Notes under the pieces: model-generated
Seen by the model: only the letters and a program-made list of their open reading frames with translations
What the model was told of the DNA's origin: nothing
Database searches by the model: none
Translations under genes and position numbers: made by a program
Assembly: GCA_045602345.1 (NCBI GenBank)
Contig: JAZSBI010000012.1
Coordinates: forward strand, 17-64,016
DNA: 64,000 nt
Direction: 5' to 3'
DNA from: Acutalibacteraceae bacterium
Lineage (GTDB): Bacteria; Bacillota; Clostridia; Oscillospirales; Acutalibacteraceae
Part shown: piece after piece, positions 60,823 through 64,000 of the stretch
How the letters are laid out: each line of letters begins with the position of its first letter
Numbering within the stretch: the first letter of the stretch is position 1

Positions 60823-61898
60823 TAAGACGTTATGATGAAATAATGGATTCTGCTTTAGCGAATATGATTGCAAAGCAAGATATAGTCACTGATTTTAACG
60901 AAGGAAGTGGTATTCATACACTGCTTGATACATTTTCACGGCTTCTTGAACGTGCATATGTAGATGTAAGGCAGGGCTATACAGAAGCTTTGAGACTTAT
61001 TCCTTATTCGCTTTTTGGTTTTCAGAAGAAAACCGGCAAAAACGCAACCGGCGCGGTTATTTTTTCGCGTGATACACCTTTTGAACAAGAAACTATCATT
61101 TTGAAGGGTACGCGCCTTACATGCGGCGATTTGACTTTTATCACAGCGGAAACCGGCTCTATTCCTGCAGGTGCTATTGATTCAGAAAGCATTGCAATTA
61201 CGGCTGAATATCCGGGGAATGCCTATAATGTAGCTCCAAACATGATTAAGCGCATAGACAGTACAGTGCCTTCTGATGTTGTTAAAGTGAATAACCCAAA
61301 CGCCACAACAGGCGGCAGCAATGAAGAAACAACCGAAGAAATGGACGAGCGTTTTAAGCTGCATATCAACGGTTTAAGCGGTACAAATACATGCGCTGTA
61401 AAATCGGCGGCGTTGAATATAGATGCTGTACGTTCTGTTTGTTTGCAGGAACATCCTGAACCAATAAAAGACATTTACAACATGACTTTGTATGTTGATG
61501 ATGGTTCAGGTTCAGCAAGCGACGAGACAATAAAACTGGTAAGAAAAGCCATTGAAGGTGACGGTACGGAACAAAATCCGGGGCATTTAGCTCCTGGCAT
61601 TAATGCAAGGGTTTTGCCGCCACAGTCTGTACCTGTGGACTTTGAGATTAAAGCGTCTGTTTATAGAACAGATTCAGACGCAGCACAGGCAGAAATAGAA
61701 ACGGCCCTGATTCAGTACATAAACAGTCGCATCATCGGGCAGCCGGTTATTTTAGCTGAAATTATTCAGCAGATAATGGATTTGTCTTTTGTCAAAGATG
61801 TAAAAATAAATACACCTATAGACAACATTATTCCGTCACCTTCTCAAATTGCAAGATTTTCTACGGCGGAAATTCTTATTGAGGAGTATCGTGAATGA
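60819..61898 (+). CDS. baseplate J-like protein
   Basis: Contains VTDFNEGSGIHTLLDTFSRLLERAY...ATGAVIFSR. Position fits. Confidence 0.7.
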   Translation: MIRRYDEIMDSALANMIAKQDIVTDFNEGSGIHTLLDTFSRLLERAYVDVRQGYTEALRLIPYSLFGFQKKTGKNATGAVIFSRDTPFEQETIILKGTRLTCGDLTFITAETGSIPAGAIDSESIAITAEYPGNAYNVAPNMIKRIDSTVPSDVVKVNNPNATTGGSNEETTEEMDERFKLHINGLSGTNTCAVKSAALNIDAVRSVCLQEHPEPIKDIYNMTLYVDDGSGSASDETIKLVRKAIEGDGTEQNPGHLAPGINARVLPPQSVPVDFEIKASVYRTDSDAAQAEIETALIQYINSRIIGQPVILAEIIQQIMDLSFVKDVKINTPIDNIIPSPSQIARFSTAEILIEEYRE

Positions 61899-63229
61899 CC
61901 GGCAATAACAGTATCGGCGATTTCATCAGAAGCATTTTTCCAGGCAAAATAGACCGCGATGATGTGTTCTTTAAGGCCCTTCTTGCAGACCGTGAAAAAA
62001 GAGATGGTACTGTAGAAAAAATGTTTCTGGATTTCCGCGCTACAAGGGAAAGATGGGGAAACCCGAATATTTATACTCAATACGGCGAACATCTTGATAA
62101 ATCTCTTGATTTTTTCAGTGCCCTTCACAGACTTTACGCAGAAACGGATGAAGACATAATTTTCCGTAACTGGATTGTGTTTTATCGTCTAGGCGAGCAA
62201 TTGTGGGGTGATTATTGGAACATCTTACATATTTTACGTGCTTATTTCAAAACAAAGTATGTTTATATTGTCAATAACACAGACGACATAAAGAATAATC
62301 TGCTGGAAAATGCTGATTTTGAGCATGAAGAAGCATGGAAACTTGAAGGCGCGTGCTCTTATACCAGAGCTGCAAGATTCAGCGAATGTTTAGGTATTGA
62401 GTTTGTTAATAATGGCTCATGCAAACAGACTGTAAGCCTTTCAACAAACAGAACATATTTTCTACACTTTTTCCTTAAAGGAAATATAAAAGTCAGTATA
62501 AGCAGTAACGGCAAATTCTGGAATAAGAATCTTGGCGAATTTGGCGAGTGGACAGAAGAACCATGTTTTGAATATTTCACTTGCGATGATTGGGATAATT
62601 GCAGCTTATTCTTTATTACTGATGAACAGCATACCAATATCACAATATCTTTTGAATTCTATAGAGAGAGCGCATACATTGATTATATCAGGCTGTTTCT
62701 AAAACATAATTATCCTTCTTTCAGTGTTATAGGCGTTTTTAACGGAAAATACACGAATGAAACAGCAGCATTAGCGCCATACCGTGATGATCCGGTAAAC
62801 AGACTTGATTTTGATACTTTCGGCTATCAGGCAGGCGGAGAAGCTGACAGAGACCCGGCAAAACAGATTGACTATAACGAAGCGAGCTTTATAGACAATG
62901 CTGAACTAAAAGAAGGCGAGTCGCCTGTATTAGTTGACGGACAAAAAGACATAAAAGACGACGGTATAGCAACAGAACAGCCGTTCTTGGATTTCTTTGA
63001 TGAAACTAAGACACTTGCGCCTGACACGCCATATCACAAAGATGATTTTATTCCAATAGATTACGATAAAGCAAGTTATTGGAATCAGGCTTTTGTTTAT
63101 GGTGCTGGTGGAATCCGTTCATCAACATCATATAACGAAATTATAAACTTGGTAAAACCTGCAGGTGTCAGATATTTTACTGAAATGCTTATAAGGGAGT
63201 GTGAAGAAAGTGAGCTTAACGACGAATAA
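61895..63229 (+). CDS. baseplate/tail-fibre-proximal protein
   Basis: Long ORF translationally coupled to the baseplate J gene. Confidence 0.6.
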   Translation: MTGNNSIGDFIRSIFPGKIDRDDVFFKALLADREKRDGTVEKMFLDFRATRERWGNPNIYTQYGEHLDKSLDFFSALHRLYAETDEDIIFRNWIVFYRLGEQLWGDYWNILHILRAYFKTKYVYIVNNTDDIKNNLLENADFEHEEAWKLEGACSYTRAARFSECLGIEFVNNGSCKQTVSLSTNRTYFLHFFLKGNIKVSISSNGKFWNKNLGEFGEWTEEPCFEYFTCDDWDNCSLFFITDEQHTNITISFEFYRESAYIDYIRLFLKHNYPSFSVIGVFNGKYTNETAALAPYRDDPVNRLDFDTFGYQAGGEADRDPAKQIDYNEASFIDNAELKEGESPVLVDGQKDIKDDGIATEQPFLDFFDETKTLAPDTPYHKDDFIPIDYDKASYWNQAFVYGAGGIRSSTSYNEIINLVKPAGVRYFTEMLIRECEESELNDE

Positions 63230-64000
63230 AGTTTGGGAAAACGAAATACTCAAACAACCTGACTTGGATTTTGCAAATGACAGCAATCTTTCAAATCTAT
63301 CACTGATTTTCAACTATTTTTTAACGAATGGAAGAAAAGATATAAATTTTATTTTCGGCGGCAAAGTTAAGCCTTATCCATCATTGGGTATGTTCGCTTC
63401 AATTTCACCGGTTATGGCATTTGAGAAAACATCAGGGCGAATTTTTGTACAAACTGACGTTACTGAACCAGTTGAATTTGAACCGGCAGACGAAACAAGA
63501 GACAGAATCGACATTGTTGAAATAAAAGGCATTGAAGAAGACTATGACAAACAAGTAAGAGCTTTCAAAGATCCTGAAACAAAAGAAACTACTTATGCCG
63601 AAACGTTCACCAAAAAGCGCATTATCCTAGAAGCAAAGGTTAAGAAAGGCGATTATGACATGCCTGCTTCTCCTGTTGATGTGGGATGGATAAAGATAGC
63701 AGAAGTTAGAATTCCAGCCGGAACACTGAATATAACTGCTGATTTGATTAAGAATGTTACGGCAAGAGTGCCCGGCAATGAAAATGCGGACTGGACTGCA
63801 AATATCCATGAAACATTTGAACCGCGGACAGCCGAAGCACTTAACATGAAAACTGAAACTGTCTATTCAGTTGAACAGAGAGTAACAGATGAAATTTGGT
63901 TAAACGGTAAGAAATTCTATCGTAGAACCATAATTTTGAATCAAGATAATTTTTCACAAACAGATTTTATCGGACTTCATGGTGGTGTTTATACCGTTGA
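63210..64000 (+). CDS. tail fibre/receptor-binding protein, 5' part (runs off the window end)
   Basis: Not in the ORF track because it has no stop in the window. GTG 63210 lies 10 nt after AAGGGAG. Hand translation is open to nt 64000 (SLTTNKVWENEILKQPDLDF...RIDIVEIKG...). Confidence 0.55.
   Translation, partial: MSLTTNKVWENEILKQPDLDFANDSNLSNLSLIFNYFLTNGRKDINFIFGGKVKPYPSLGMFASISPVMAFEKTSGRIFVQTDVTEPVEFEPADETRDRIDIVEIKGIEEDYDKQVRAFKDPETKETTYAETFTKKRIILEAKVKKGDYDMPASPVDVGWIKIAEVRIPAGTLNITADLIKNVTARVPGNENADWTANIHETFEPRTAEALNMKTETVYSVEQRVTDEIWLNGKKFYRRTIILNQDNFSQTDFIGLHGGVYTV

Noticed and set aside
1-64000. A search by eye for tRNA genes, integrase/recombinase, transposase, endolysin/holin pairs, reverse transcriptase (DGR) and CRISPR arrays.
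   Set aside because: No cloverleaf-like intergenic segment and no recognisable catalytic motifs for these families were found. Absence is based on visual inspection only and should be confirmed with tRNAscan-SE and HMM searches.

Overview
This window is a contiguous stretch of a contractile-tailed dsDNA phage or prophage. Hand counts suggest roughly 36-40% GC. Shine-Dalgarno sites are strong, and almost all genes are on the + strand. Layout: (i) 1-8250 holds early genes: many small ORFs, three coiled-coil paralogs, an NPPF methyltransferase, a divergently transcribed XRE/CI-like repressor, a Lar-like ORF, SSB and nuclease-like proteins. (ii) 8252-12449 is the packaging module (TerS, TerL, portal). 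(iii) 12460-18883 holds two more DNA methyltransferases (one interrupted at a G10 tract), a HAD-like protein, a 1059-aa MuF-type head protein fusion and a zeta-toxin-like kinase. (iv) 18884-21700 is a moron island with an HTH switch and an HD-domain (p)ppGpp-hydrolase-like protein. (v) 21762-36327 is a block of very large multidomain proteins: a 2361-aa methyltransferase+SNF2 helicase (DarB-like), a 682-aa protein, a ParB-like protein and a second zeta-like kinase. This block is interrupted by a minus-strand hicAB cassette and by a paralogous gene pair, one member of which carries a G10 tract. (vi) 36776-39618 encodes the prohead protease/scaffold and major capsid protein. (vii) 40063-49672 encodes fibre-like and unknown virion proteins. 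(viii) 50703-64000 is the tail module: sheath, tube, chaperone, tape measure, baseplate, and the start of a fibre gene. No integrase, lysis genes, tRNA or CRISPR array were seen. The most unusual signals are: (a) a seven-copy plus-strand leader hairpin with compensatory base changes, placed just downstream of near-consensus sigma70-type promoters, and in four copies overlapping an intrinsic terminator in an attenuator-like layout; (b) shared N-terminal peptide tags and a recurring NRSxAMxGNxNA motif across the large effector-like proteins; (c) two G10 homopolymer tracts that break reading frames. All functional calls come from motif recognition by eye; no database search was possible.
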